Below are positions 1-10,695 of a stretch of 64,000 bases of DNA, piece by piece. Both the position numbers and the translations under genes were made by a program. The notes beneath the pieces are model-generated. The model had not been told where the DNA came from, did no database searches, and worked only from the letters and a program-made list of their open reading frames with translations. The stretch covers positions 186,001 through 250,000 of IMG/VR virus record IMGVR_UViG_3300042879_006196, one strand, 5' to 3'. Numbering within the stretch: the first letter of the stretch is position 1; every line of letters begins with the position of its first letter.

Positions 1-204
1 TCTACTATTTATAAACTCACCTACCCTAAAGGTTCTAACAATCCATATTCTAAGAATTTGGAATCTTCACAAAGAGTGGGGTTTATTGATTATGATGGAA
101 AATATGTTGGAATACAATTTTTTGAGACAGACTTTTTAATGGAAGTGGTCTTTGAAAAATCATTTGCAATCGAAGCAGACTTTAGAAAAATAGGATCTGC
201 TTAG
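1..204 (+). CDS. 3' end of a hypothetical protein (partial, enters from window edge)
   Basis: Frame 1 is open from base 1 (STIYKLTYPKGSNN...DFRKIGSA) to TAG at 202-204; same strand as the downstream block; not in the ORF track. Confidence 0.6.
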   Translation, partial: STIYKLTYPKGSNNPYSKNLESSQRVGFIDYDGKYVGIQFFETDFLMEVVFEKSFAIEADFRKIGSA

Positions 205-240
205 GTGAGGACACAACAAGTGTATAAAATAATAAAGTAA

Positions 241-3200
241 ATGGCAATTGGCACTTCTATTAATTTAAATACTCCAGAAAATTTTGAATTTCTCAACAAT
301 CTTGATACTAAACAACAATTAAAGATATTAGTTGAGTTGGGATATTTTGATATAAAATCTAGATCAAATTTTGCCGCAGGATATATTTCCGAAAATGTTA
401 ATAATCCTTATTTTCCTAATCCAGGAGGAAAACAAGGCGAATCTTTTGTAAAGAACACTGAACTTAAAAAGGTTAAATCACGAAAACTTAATGTTATTAC
501 AAATGGATTAATGCCTCCGCATGTAGAGATTTCTGGCGCTCCTTATTCTACGTTTGTTGAAGGAACTATTTTACCAGGAGAAACGCATCCTTTTTATGAT
601 TTAATTGTCGGTCCAACTCAGCCATTTCCTGCACCTATTATATCAGATGGTAACAACACTTCATTAGATTATTTATTTAGAAATCCTGAAATTTTAGATC
701 AATTTTTTAATGCAGTAAGTAATGTCACCACTCAAGCTTTTAATAAATTAGGAACGCCATTTGTTCCTGGAACAACAAAAACATCTTATGCAGTTAAGGC
801 AAAAAAAGATAACAAAAATATTGAAGCTTTGCCTACATATAATATATGGCAGGTAGATAATTTACCAGGAGCAGTAAATGGTAATAAACTCATAAACTTT
901 TCTTTTGAAAACTATTTAGGCTTCTTACCAAAAACAACTGTTGATACTAAAGATATACAACCTTATGCTCAAACATGGTCATTCACTGATACGGCACAAA
1001 TTCAAGTTTATGCTTCTAATTCACAGGTATCAATGACCAGAATATATCCAATGTTTTATGACTACACATGGAATAGCAAAGCAAAATATTTAATTTATAA
1101 CAATGCAACCTTGGATAAGCAACTTGAAGATGTTAGTGTTGGTTTTTCTACTACAATTAACAAGCCAGTAGGTTTTAGTATAAGATTTTCAAGTGTTGTG
1201 TTAAGCAATAATCCACCAACACAAGCTTCAACAAACGCTGCTGTTTTATCTGAATCTCGCTTGATTATTTCATGGGGGTATTTACCTAACTCCCCTATTA
1301 CTACACAAGCAGATTGTGATAATTTAGTTTCTAACGATAAGGTGTTTTTATATACTTTAGAAATTAGCCCAAATGATTCTCCAAGATTATTTTTTAACTT
1401 GTCAAATTTAAATATGCAAAATATAAATGCGGCAGCAAATTATAAATCCGTTGAATTAAATAATCTTAAACGAATTACATCTCCTAACAAAAACTCTGGA
1501 GACAAAACTCCAAATGATTATGAATTGTATGTTTTCTATTCTGGTCAATATTTGTATATTGGAAATGAAAAAGATCCTTCCTCATGGCAAGTGATTAAAA
1601 AACCAACAATTCCTTTGAGTAATGAACCAGGTAATGCTTTTGCAACAAAAACTTTCGAACACTATTTAGATGAAAAATCATACGTTAACATTCAGGCTCA
1701 ATACATGAATTTCACGTTTTGCTATGGTCCTCCACTTTTTGACCCCCATGACGATCAAAATATTCCAGCTCTGGGCGCAGATAAGCTTGCTAATACTTTA
1801 AACTTTGCTCAATTTAATACACCGTATGATAATAAATCATCAATACCAACAAAAGAACAAGTGCTTAAATCATTAAAAGAAAACACTGCGCTTACATTTG
1901 AAAACACAAACCCTAATCAACAAATTGGCGGAGCAACAGTTTATCATGATATTAGAACTGGTCCAGTTGAAAATTTATATGATGTTTTAATTGAGGATTT
2001 AAATAAAGATAGCACTAAAGGAACTTATGCCACAAAAATTACTTTTCCTAAAACTTTAGGTGGTGATGTATTTAATAAATACACTCCTTCAATAGATATT
2101 CCTGAGCCAGATATTTTAGAAAATTATGTTAAATATGATCTTACGACAAAAGACGGCGTGTCTAATATTTCACAAATCTTAACGGAAACTGTAAGCAATG
2201 TTTCTGTTACAAAAAGTTTAGAGCAAGGCACATCTAACTATGTAAAATCAACTTTAAGTATCACTTTTCAAAATTTAAACGAGTCTGAAGCTGGATTAAA
2301 AATTTTGCAGTTCATGAGACATAATGTATGTGTGCTTCGCGTGTCTGCTGGATATGATACTTTATACCCATACTTCGAAGGGATGGTTTTTAAGATTACT
2401 GCTAATGAAAGCCTAGATAAAACTGAAATTATTGTTGAAGCTCATGATTTGATTGATTCGCTTTTTGAAAGAGATAAAACATTAATTGTCTCCAAAGTGG
2501 CTATGCATTTTCCAGGTATGAGACTTAAAAAAATTATTAACTCTTTGGTTTATTTTTCGGAGCTCCACAATCACTTCAAATATGATCTAGGAGATGTAAC
2601 AAACGAAAACACAATTGCATATTACTTAGAAAATAACCCTGAAGCTGGTCTTCCGCGAATAGCTGATGCTCTTCCAATTCCAAACTTAGGAAAGTTTTTT
2701 GTCTCCCCTTACAGTGCTCAAAACACATATTTCAAAGTTTTGAAACAATGTCGTGATTTATTGATACAAGTAAATATTAACAAAGACGACAGAAAAAGAT
2801 TTGATGTCCCTGTGTACTATTGGTTTACAAGTGGTGTGGAAGGATTAAATAATCGGGGCAGATTTGGTATATCTACAGATGTCAATGGCATAGTTATGAG
2901 CTCACGAACTTTGCCCAAAGATAAAGACACATTTTTCTTGAGAAAAAAAAGCATCAAGCAAATTATGCTAGATGATGTTAATGAACTTCATGGTTATTTA
3001 TCAGCTGAAAACGCATTTACATCTTCTTCTAATGCAGATAACCTATTTTACAGAGGGTTATTTAGATTTTTAGACATTGATACAGAATTCCAACTTGTTC
3101 AAGAAGTATTTCCAAACGCTATTTCACCTTTCCAGACTATTGAAGATGCAAACCAATATATAGGTTATGAAAAAATAGTAATGTTCGATGATCCTGATAG

Positions 3201-3549
3201 CGATCCTGACACACAAACAACTATTGCTGGAATCCATTTGCCAGATAGAAAATTAGCTGAAAATTTTGTCAAAAAATGGATGAATGCCAACTATAACATT
3301 GTTTATGAATCCATTAATTTAAGTGCTTATGTTACAAAGCCTTTAAATGAATGGGGTTGGTTTACGGTTTGTATTGAAAATGAACTTCAAAAAAATCCTA
3401 AAGTAGAAGTAATTAATGATGTTAGTTTTGAATCCACAGAAATTCCTGAGCAATTTTTATATTCTAACATAACATATAAATTCAAACTAGACGAAAATTT
3501 AATTATTGCAGAAATAAATGGATCTAAAAGCCCGATTCAAAACATTTAA
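241..3549 (+). CDS. Large virion protein, putative baseplate hub/tail (gpD/gp27-like) with long N-terminal extension, 1102 aa
   Basis: Segment VLRVSAGYDTLYPYFEGMVFKITANESLDKTEIIVEAHDLIDSL (~2330-2460) resembles the hub/late-control-D pattern; it heads a block of virion genes. Confidence 0.5.
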   Translation: MAIGTSINLNTPENFEFLNNLDTKQQLKILVELGYFDIKSRSNFAAGYISENVNNPYFPNPGGKQGESFVKNTELKKVKSRKLNVITNGLMPPHVEISGAPYSTFVEGTILPGETHPFYDLIVGPTQPFPAPIISDGNNTSLDYLFRNPEILDQFFNAVSNVTTQAFNKLGTPFVPGTTKTSYAVKAKKDNKNIEALPTYNIWQVDNLPGAVNGNKLINFSFENYLGFLPKTTVDTKDIQPYAQTWSFTDTAQIQVYASNSQVSMTRIYPMFYDYTWNSKAKYLIYNNATLDKQLEDVSVGFSTTINKPVGFSIRFSSVVLSNNPPTQASTNAAVLSESRLIISWGYLPNSPITTQADCDNLVSNDKVFLYTLEISPNDSPRLFFNLSNLNMQNINAAANYKSVELNNLKRITSPNKNSGDKTPNDYELYVFYSGQYLYIGNEKDPSSWQVIKKPTIPLSNEPGNAFATKTFEHYLDEKSYVNIQAQYMNFTFCYGPPLFDPHDDQNIPALGADKLANTLNFAQFNTPYDNKSSIPTKEQVLKSLKENTALTFENTNPNQQIGGATVYHDIRTGPVENLYDVLIEDLNKDSTKGTYATKITFPKTLGGDVFNKYTPSIDIPEPDILENYVKYDLTTKDGVSNISQILTETVSNVSVTKSLEQGTSNYVKSTLSITFQNLNESEAGLKILQFMRHNVCVLRVSAGYDTLYPYFEGMVFKITANESLDKTEIIVEAHDLIDSLFERDKTLIVSKVAMHFPGMRLKKIINSLVYFSELHNHFKYDLGDVTNENTIAYYLENNPEAGLPRIADALPIPNLGKFFVSPYSAQNTYFKVLKQCRDLLIQVNINKDDRKRFDVPVYYWFTSGVEGLNNRGRFGISTDVNGIVMSSRTLPKDKDTFFLRKKSIKQIMLDDVNELHGYLSAENAFTSSSNADNLFYRGLFRFLDIDTEFQLVQEVFPNAISPFQTIEDANQYIGYEKIVMFDDPDSDPDTQTTIAGIHLPDRKLAENFVKKWMNANYNIVYESINLSAYVTKPLNEWGWFTVCIENELQKNPKVEVINDVSFESTEIPEQFLYSNITYKFKLDENLIIAEINGSKSPIQNI

Positions 3550-3588
3550 TTTCAAGGATTTGCCTTGTGAAAACACCAATAACTATAT

Positions 3589-3807
3589 ATGCGTTTTAGT
3601 AGTTTATCAGAAGCAATAAAATATCACACACAAGTTACAAGCAAAACTGATAACATTGCACCTTATGGTTCTCTTGCTGCTGAATTATCTCAAATTCCAG
3701 TGTTGAACACAAACTATATAACGCCACAATCTCCTAATGCAATTACCTATGGTGTTACAATCTGGGGCTTAGGTAAAATCACAGAAGTAAATAAACCAGA
3801 AGTATGA
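3589..3807 (+). CDS. Hypothetical protein, 72 aa
   Basis: Fills the gap between two large ORFs and its stop overlaps the next start (ATGA). Confidence 0.65.
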   Translation: MRFSSLSEAIKYHTQVTSKTDNIAPYGSLAAELSQIPVLNTNYITPQSPNAITYGVTIWGLGKITEVNKPEV

Positions 3808-6800
3808 ATCAAACACCCATTTACCAATTAGGTTATTTCATTCCCAATATGACAATTGGGAATGATTTAGATTTAGATAAAAATCGTTTTACAACGATTG
3901 AAAATCAATTATATAATGTTTATAACATTTTCGGCAATGGTGTTTTAACCAAATTTGATGAAAATGGAAAGCAAATCCCCTCTTGGAATTTGTCCGCTGT
4001 TCCATCACAAAAAACAATTAGAGTAAGTGATGGAAAGGGACATGTAAATTATAAATATGCAGAAACTTCAGATTTTGTAGATGTGAATTTGATCTTACCA
4101 GGAAGTGCCACTTCTGGAACTTTTATTTATTATTTTTATGCAGTTCAAAATGTAAACACGCCTGTTGATAAATCAGTAAATTTTACTTTTTCGCTTACAC
4201 AAATTAATGACCCAACAAATTACATAGGCTTAGGCGCAGCTGAGTTAACTTTGAATACAGATGGATCATTTACACTTGTCGCTTATAATGATGTTGAACA
4301 TGGAAGACAAGAAATATCATTATTCAGTTCATTAACAGGTTTAGTAAAAAATCACAAGCACATTGGTGGTTTAAATAACCCATCGCCAATTGATTTATCT
4401 AAACATGTTACAGGATTTCTTTCAGCAGATAATATTGAAGGTTTAGATCTAAGCAGAGTTACCTCTGGAACATTAAGTGCAAATCGATTACCTGTAATAG
4501 ATCACAATACTTTAACAAACATTGGAACTTTAACACATGAACAAATTGATGCATTGTTAGCATCTTTGCAATATCCAGATCAAAATTATAGCTTATCTGA
4601 TTATGGAATTGTTAACAGGCTTCAGATTGTGTTAGCTCTGAAAAAACAATCTGGATTTTTTAACATTGATGGTGAGCAAATTAATTCAATATTTTATGTG
4701 CCATATGCTCAAATGGATAAATTTGTTGATTACACAAATACCACTGCATTGATAAACACAGAGTTGCACAGAGTGTATGGAACCACTGGGCTTGCAAGAC
4801 AATCAAATGTTATAAAAGTAGACACTACGCAGGATTTTAAAACAGCATTATTTTATGCAGAAGATTCAATACCCAACCCTACTGTTTCAAATATTGAAGT
4901 GACAGGCGTTACTACCACTCCTGTTGCTGGGACATTGAATATTCCATATGGTTTAACTGGCTCCGCAAACACAATCTATATTTCAAGTGCCCAAGATTCA
5001 TTTGTTTCTTCTTTCTCAACTACTGGTGTTTATAGAAACAGAAGAATAGATTTTGATTCTAACTTGAATTTGAATTCACCATTAGGATTGTGGTTTGATA
5101 ATGTCAAAAACTATTTATATATCGCTGATACATACAATCATAGAATAATTGTAACAGATAGTAATTTTTCTTCAGTGATTGCAAAAGTAGGCGCAAATAA
5201 TGCTTCTGGAGTTCCTGGAAGTGGAAATGGCGTTGGCTTCAATTACCCAAAAGGTGTATTTGGGCTAGGGAACACATTTTATGTTGCAGACTCAGGCAAT
5301 AATCAAATACAAAAATATTCATGGAGCGGAGGGGTTCCTGTTTATCAAAGAACTTATAAATATTCAGATAGTACAATTCTTGGATTAAACCAATCATTGA
5401 ATGATCCAAGAGGCTTAATTGCTACATCATTCAGAGGTAACAACTATCTTTTTGTTTCTGATTACAACAATCACAGAGTTTTATGTGGTATAGAAACAAA
5501 CAATAAGTATTCTGTTTATCAAATACTTGGAGGAAATAGTGGTGGATTTGGAATTTTTAATACTAGCTTAATCACATACAATGCGTCTTCTAGTGTCACT
5601 GGTATTGGTGCTTCATTTACTTTTAATTCATCTTTCAATGGAGTAATTAGATCTATTGGTGTTTCTTCTTCTGGAGCTGGATATAGCAACAATGATAGTT
5701 TTATACTTAAATACAATGGAAATCAAAATGGGCTTTTTAACGTTCTCACAGATGGTGCTGGTAGAATAACTACAGCTTTTGTTTCTTATGGAATAAACAC
5801 TGCAAATATTTTTGGTTTTGATCATCCACAAGGTTTAGCTATTAATGGTATTGGATCCAGATTGGACATGCTAATCACTGACACTGACAATAACAGAATA
5901 ATTAATTATAGAAGCGTTGTTGGTGTAGGCACTACTTCAGGGCAGTTTGTGTATAGTTATAATATTGGAACATCTGGCTCTCTTGGTATTTCATCACTAT
6001 CAATTTATATGCAAAGACCCGCTGGTGTATATGCACAGCAAGGGTTCAGCACAATTTTTGTTGCTGATAGCTTAAATAACAGGGTGCATAGTTTAGCAAC
6101 ATCTTTTGCAAATAATAGTATAGGCGGAATCACCACTTTTACTTTTGGCATTGGAGACACATCATTAACTAGCGGTGGCATTACTCTTACCAAGCCAATA
6201 TCTTATTTAGGCATTTCTACACCGTCTGTTGCTGGTTCTGCTACGGCAGGTTGGTTTGTAGGTGAACAAATTGCTCAGGGTACACAATTCCAATCGGACT
6301 CCATAGACAGATATTCATATGTAACTTTTTCCACTAAAACACTCACAATACAAGACACAATCGCCGTGTCAATTGCAACATTAAATGAGACAACTGAAAG
6401 AACTTTAGGACAAATAAGTTGTTATTTAATTTTCGCTGATAACTTTTCAGGTGGAACATTAATACCTTTTAGTTTGAGTAACAATACGAACAGAAACTCA
6501 ATTAAAATCTCAGAAAAGATATACACTATAAGGCTGAATGGATCTACAACCAGTCAGTTTTATGATTTTGCGGATTTGACATTATTCACTGAGCAACCAA
6601 ATCCTTCGATAATTGGTTTTGGGTTTAAGTGGTCTACATCAACAGGATGGACAAACAATGATAGTTATCAGCTTGGATGGTATTTGCCGCAGTTTAGCAC
6701 ACAACTTTTGCAGACAAATTATCCAAAAGTTTTAGCGTATAGACAAGCGAATGGTTTGCAAAATTCTATCTTTGCATTTAACGCAAACAGATACGCAGGC

Positions 6801-8849
6801 ACAGGAACATTTGTATTTAGGTTTGATTCTGGCGTGGCAGGTAATGCAACTTTTGATAATGTCATCTATTCATTTGCCACTCCATACTCACCAAAAGGAA
6901 CATCAAGTATACAATTTTATTACAGAGTTGATGATACACTAGATCAATTGAATTTAGATTCTTATACTTTGAATCCATTGTATCCTATCTCAGGTGGAAG
7001 TTATAACATTAATAAAACTGGGCGATATATTGACTTGGTGTTTATTCTTAATGCAGCAAGTGTGGATCAGCTTGCAGCCCCTGTAATTAGCAGTATAGCT
7101 TTGAATTATAGTGTTTATGGAAAAGCCACTGGAATTATTTACGATACCAATGTAAATAATGCACCACAAGGTTTGTATCCGAGATTGAAATGGACACAAG
7201 GTGAAAGTTCAAACATCAGCATAGTGCCAGTGCCAAATGATAACAATCAATCATATCAAATTGAGATAGAAGACACAGCTAACATTGGCAAATACATTTA
7301 TTTATCCACAAACAACCTAGAACTAACAGATTCTTCAGACACAACAGGATTCGTAGACATCAACAACAATCTTTACTTGTCGCCTTATCAAGCTTTCGCA
7401 GAACTAGATGCTGGTCTTTTGAATCCACAGCATTTCTATTCAAATGGACAATCTGGATATTTCATTGCTGACACTGACAATGATAGAGTTATTGAAGTGG
7501 ATTCAACTGGAGCGGCTACAAGAGCTATTCAAGGGAATATTAAGCTTCCAAGATGTGATCGCGCTTTTGCTATTTTAGGGGTTTTTTATAACACAAATAC
7601 ACGTCAGCTTTATGCCACTTTTAGCCAATATTTAATATTTGCTGCTGACTACTTACAATCTTTATCGGTTTCTATAAATGGTGTTTCTTATTCTTTAACA
7701 AATTCTGCTTATTTTGATCAAAATAATGTTGGACTGTTTTCTGTAAATTCTAATAATCAATCGGCAACATTCTATGTCACTGTTACTAGAACAATGGATG
7801 CTTTACTTACAGAGAATCCATATGATGCAAGATTTGAAATACAAAACCCTGCAACTAATCCTCCATTTTTGTTACCAACCACAGGCAGAAGTGATGGAAA
7901 TCAACCTGAAAATGAAACTTTAACTTACACCACTTCTCAGTTTGATGAGTTTACATCGAACAGCGCTCTTGGCTTAGGAACTATTCTAGACTACACATCT
8001 AATGTTGTAGTGAATGTAGTTGATCCAGTGACATTTGGTACAGCTACAGAAACATCAACAGAACTTTGGAGTTATTGGCAAGGCACAAATCAATTCCCTA
8101 ATTACTCAAACTTTTATTCTATACCAATACAAGTTTTTCCAATTTACTTTGATAACATATTTAAGCCTTTACATGTTGATTACACAGAAGCTGGTGCTTT
8201 AGTGATTTCTACCGTTGGAAACAATGCAATTAGAGCGTATAACGAAAACTTTGTTCTGGGATACAAGATTAGCCTTTCAAGTTTTACTTTTAACGAAAAA
8301 CTTGGAGGCTCCACTGTTGTATTAGATAGAGCCGCAGATGAAAGCGGAAATGTATTGCTTGTGGCACAACCAGGTATTTCCACAGACAACATCACTGGAA
8401 AAGCAATCATTTATAATCGAAATTCTGGTTCATTAGTGAATCAATATACTTTCAGTAATTTTGATGCTGTTAAAGCATACTCTGAAGATGATGGATATTT
8501 GATATTGCTTAATGATAGATTAGGCGGAATTAGATCTAAATTGGTAAAAGTTGGTCAAGATGGCTCTAATCAATATACATTAAGTAATGCATTTTCTAGA
8601 CCTGTCTCATTAGAAATAAAAGAAAATGGATATTATTATGTTACAGATTTAACTGGTCAATATGGAACTATTTTCTTTAGAACATTCGTTGCCGATGGTT
8701 CAGGAAATTCTACTGGCTCAAGTTCTTCGGGAGGTGGCGGTTCAACAGGTGGAGGAAACGCAGGTGGTGGAATTATCGGTGGCACAACAGGAGGAACATC
8801 AGGAGGCTCAACAGGCGGAGGCAACATTATAGGTGGTGGTGGTGGTTAA
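3804..8849 (+). CDS. Virion protein with NHL-repeat beta-propeller(s), 1681 aa
   Basis: At least six NHL-type repeats (LNSPLGLWFD..LYIADTYNHRI; FNYPKGVF..FYVADSGNNQI; LNDPRGLI..FVSDYNNHRV; FDHPQGLAI..ITDTDNNRI; RPAGVY..FVADSLNNRV; LNPQHFY..FIADTDNDRV); N-terminus shared with the 3069-aa ORF; Gly-rich C-terminus. Confidence 0.8.
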   Translation: MNQTPIYQLGYFIPNMTIGNDLDLDKNRFTTIENQLYNVYNIFGNGVLTKFDENGKQIPSWNLSAVPSQKTIRVSDGKGHVNYKYAETSDFVDVNLILPGSATSGTFIYYFYAVQNVNTPVDKSVNFTFSLTQINDPTNYIGLGAAELTLNTDGSFTLVAYNDVEHGRQEISLFSSLTGLVKNHKHIGGLNNPSPIDLSKHVTGFLSADNIEGLDLSRVTSGTLSANRLPVIDHNTLTNIGTLTHEQIDALLASLQYPDQNYSLSDYGIVNRLQIVLALKKQSGFFNIDGEQINSIFYVPYAQMDKFVDYTNTTALINTELHRVYGTTGLARQSNVIKVDTTQDFKTALFYAEDSIPNPTVSNIEVTGVTTTPVAGTLNIPYGLTGSANTIYISSAQDSFVSSFSTTGVYRNRRIDFDSNLNLNSPLGLWFDNVKNYLYIADTYNHRIIVTDSNFSSVIAKVGANNASGVPGSGNGVGFNYPKGVFGLGNTFYVADSGNNQIQKYSWSGGVPVYQRTYKYSDSTILGLNQSLNDPRGLIATSFRGNNYLFVSDYNNHRVLCGIETNNKYSVYQILGGNSGGFGIFNTSLITYNASSSVTGIGASFTFNSSFNGVIRSIGVSSSGAGYSNNDSFILKYNGNQNGLFNVLTDGAGRITTAFVSYGINTANIFGFDHPQGLAINGIGSRLDMLITDTDNNRIINYRSVVGVGTTSGQFVYSYNIGTSGSLGISSLSIYMQRPAGVYAQQGFSTIFVADSLNNRVHSLATSFANNSIGGITTFTFGIGDTSLTSGGITLTKPISYLGISTPSVAGSATAGWFVGEQIAQGTQFQSDSIDRYSYVTFSTKTLTIQDTIAVSIATLNETTERTLGQISCYLIFADNFSGGTLIPFSLSNNTNRNSIKISEKIYTIRLNGSTTSQFYDFADLTLFTEQPNPSIIGFGFKWSTSTGWTNNDSYQLGWYLPQFSTQLLQTNYPKVLAYRQANGLQNSIFAFNANRYAGTGTFVFRFDSGVAGNATFDNVIYSFATPYSPKGTSSIQFYYRVDDTLDQLNLDSYTLNPLYPISGGSYNINKTGRYIDLVFILNAASVDQLAAPVISSIALNYSVYGKATGIIYDTNVNNAPQGLYPRLKWTQGESSNISIVPVPNDNNQSYQIEIEDTANIGKYIYLSTNNLELTDSSDTTGFVDINNNLYLSPYQAFAELDAGLLNPQHFYSNGQSGYFIADTDNDRVIEVDSTGAATRAIQGNIKLPRCDRAFAILGVFYNTNTRQLYATFSQYLIFAADYLQSLSVSINGVSYSLTNSAYFDQNNVGLFSVNSNNQSATFYVTVTRTMDALLTENPYDARFEIQNPATNPPFLLPTTGRSDGNQPENETLTYTTSQFDEFTSNSALGLGTILDYTSNVVVNVVDPVTFGTATETSTELWSYWQGTNQFPNYSNFYSIPIQVFPIYFDNIFKPLHVDYTEAGALVISTVGNNAIRAYNENFVLGYKISLSSFTFNEKLGGSTVVLDRAADESGNVLLVAQPGISTDNITGKAIIYNRNSGSLVNQYTFSNFDAVKAYSEDDGYLILLNDRLGGIRSKLVKVGQDGSNQYTLSNAFSRPVSLEIKENGYYYVTDLTGQYGTIFFRTFVADGSGNSTGSSSSGGGGSTGGGNAGGGIIGGTTGGTSGGSTGGGNIIGGGGG
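8700..8846 (+). repeat. Gly/Ser/Thr low-complexity C-terminal tail ending in a GGT run
   Basis: Encodes GSGNSTGSSSSGGGGSTGGGNAGGGIIGGTTGGTSGGSTGGGNIIGGGGG. Confidence 0.8.
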
Positions 8850-10695
8850 TTTCATTTATCCAAAAAAAAATAATGTTTTTAAAGCCTCGCAATATTCAAC
8901 CCAATCAGTGTTTAATGATTTGCCGAAGTATTCAATATCCGTATATGATGATGCAAATTTCATTTACAAAAGACAATCACAAAATGGAAATCAAATCCTT
9001 TCTAACATAATCTCAGATGATTTATTCCCTGATGATTCTAATCAAGAATCAAAAACAAGATACTTAACAGGCAGAGGCACAAATTCTAAAATATTTTATC
9101 TTAAAGTGCTTGTAAATAAACCTGTGCCACAAGACACTCCTGGAAACTATTCAACTATTTTTTATTTAGCTAAAACACAAATATTTGGCGCGGTTTCTAC
9201 AGTATATTATTCATTAAGATGTATTGAAAAGAATCAAAACTACACTGCTTACACATCAGTGATAACAATTAAAAAATCAGATTTTATTTCTCAATTTGAT
9301 GGAAAAATATTTCTTAATCTTGTTGGTGATTATGATGTTTCTGTAAAATTTCCAATTGATTTACAAATTAATAATTCAGCTTCTACTTCAATAAGCCAAA
9401 TAAGTAGTGCAACACCTCAAACTTTAAGCTCCACTACAAATAATTCAGCATATTTTCAGACATACCCAGTGAGCTTTTCTTACTACGAATATTCTGATAG
9501 TCAAGATTTTAATTTTACTTACACAAACTTAGTGCTTACAAATAGTTTATTTTCCACTGCTAACACAATAATTAATTCAAATGTAAGCACAGGTATCTCA
9601 CTTAGGTTTACTTTTTCAGGCGTATATAATATTTCTGACTTTAGTTATTTTGGCTTGACCATTCAAAATACCGATCCATCTTATAATCCCAACGTTGACA
9701 CAATCTTCAAAATTGTTTTTAGAACAGTGGAAGACGAAGTGATAAGTGTAGAAGATTGCTCTATCTTGAATAATCTTAATTCTGGATATTACAATGTAGT
9801 GTTCAAACTCAAAAATATAGACACAAATCTTAATAATCTAAATTACATGCTGATACAAATAATAAGCACAAGAACATTAACACAAAACTACAGTATTACA
9901 TATATCAATTTTATGACAGCTATCACTGCTGGTGCTTTTTCTGTAAAATCGCTGCAAAACAATACACAAGAGGAAAATTTTACTAAAGATCCATTCGATA
10001 AAATACAATATATTGATAATTTAAAAAATCAAGAATTAATTAAAAGCACTGCTTTATTTACCACTGTCGAAAGCTTAATTGAAATAGGGGATGAAGTAGT
10101 TTATGAAATAACAACACAATCTGGAAAAATTTATTTACCAGAAAATGCTATGATATTTACTAGCAATGATTTTTTACCAGCATATTCTTTGGAGCAAGAC
10201 GTTTTAATTTTAGAAAATGATTCTTTCATGCCTATCACTTCAATAAAAATAATGCCTCCAAGAAAAGTGAAAATGATAGATATTTATGAGAATGCTGATT
10301 ATATTTTGAATGGATTTTATGTTAAGAACCCACTGTTTATAAAAAGTTTTCAAAGAATTTTTCTTGAAAGAATTGAAACTAGAAAACAAAATAAAAGTTT
10401 TTCAATAAATGATGAAAAATACTTTTTATTAGAATCAGAAGATTTTCAATATTTTTCAAATGAAATTGTTTTGAAAAAAGGCAATCATATAATTGAGTTT
10501 TCTCCTTCGACAATTTATGCATCGATTTTAATTAGTGGTAATTCTGAAATTGTTGTTCAATCAAAAATTAAACAAAAAGTAGTGGGACAAAATCAAAAAT
10601 TGCAATTAGATATAGATAATAAAAATTTTTTAATATATCTAAAAAGTAATAGCACAATAACTATACACAAACTAATATGTAAACATGAGAGTTAA
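8833..10695 (+). CDS. Putative virion protein with degenerate Hint domain, ~620 aa (start uncertain)
   Basis: Long ORF; ~10030-10329 reads like a Hint domain (IGDEV..VYEITTQSG..YILNGFYVKN) lacking the catalytic Cys and block-B His; paralogous to the next ORF. Confidence 0.7.
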   Translation: MVVVVNFIYPKKNNVFKASQYSTQSVFNDLPKYSISVYDDANFIYKRQSQNGNQILSNIISDDLFPDDSNQESKTRYLTGRGTNSKIFYLKVLVNKPVPQDTPGNYSTIFYLAKTQIFGAVSTVYYSLRCIEKNQNYTAYTSVITIKKSDFISQFDGKIFLNLVGDYDVSVKFPIDLQINNSASTSISQISSATPQTLSSTTNNSAYFQTYPVSFSYYEYSDSQDFNFTYTNLVLTNSLFSTANTIINSNVSTGISLRFTFSGVYNISDFSYFGLTIQNTDPSYNPNVDTIFKIVFRTVEDEVISVEDCSILNNLNSGYYNVVFKLKNIDTNLNNLNYMLIQIISTRTLTQNYSITYINFMTAITAGAFSVKSLQNNTQEENFTKDPFDKIQYIDNLKNQELIKSTALFTTVESLIEIGDEVVYEITTQSGKIYLPENAMIFTSNDFLPAYSLEQDVLILENDSFMPITSIKIMPPRKVKMIDIYENADYILNGFYVKNPLFIKSFQRIFLERIETRKQNKSFSINDEKYFLLESEDFQYFSNEIVLKKGNHIIEFSPSTIYASILISGNSEIVVQSKIKQKVVGQNQKLQLDIDNKNFLIYLKSNSTITIHKLICKHES

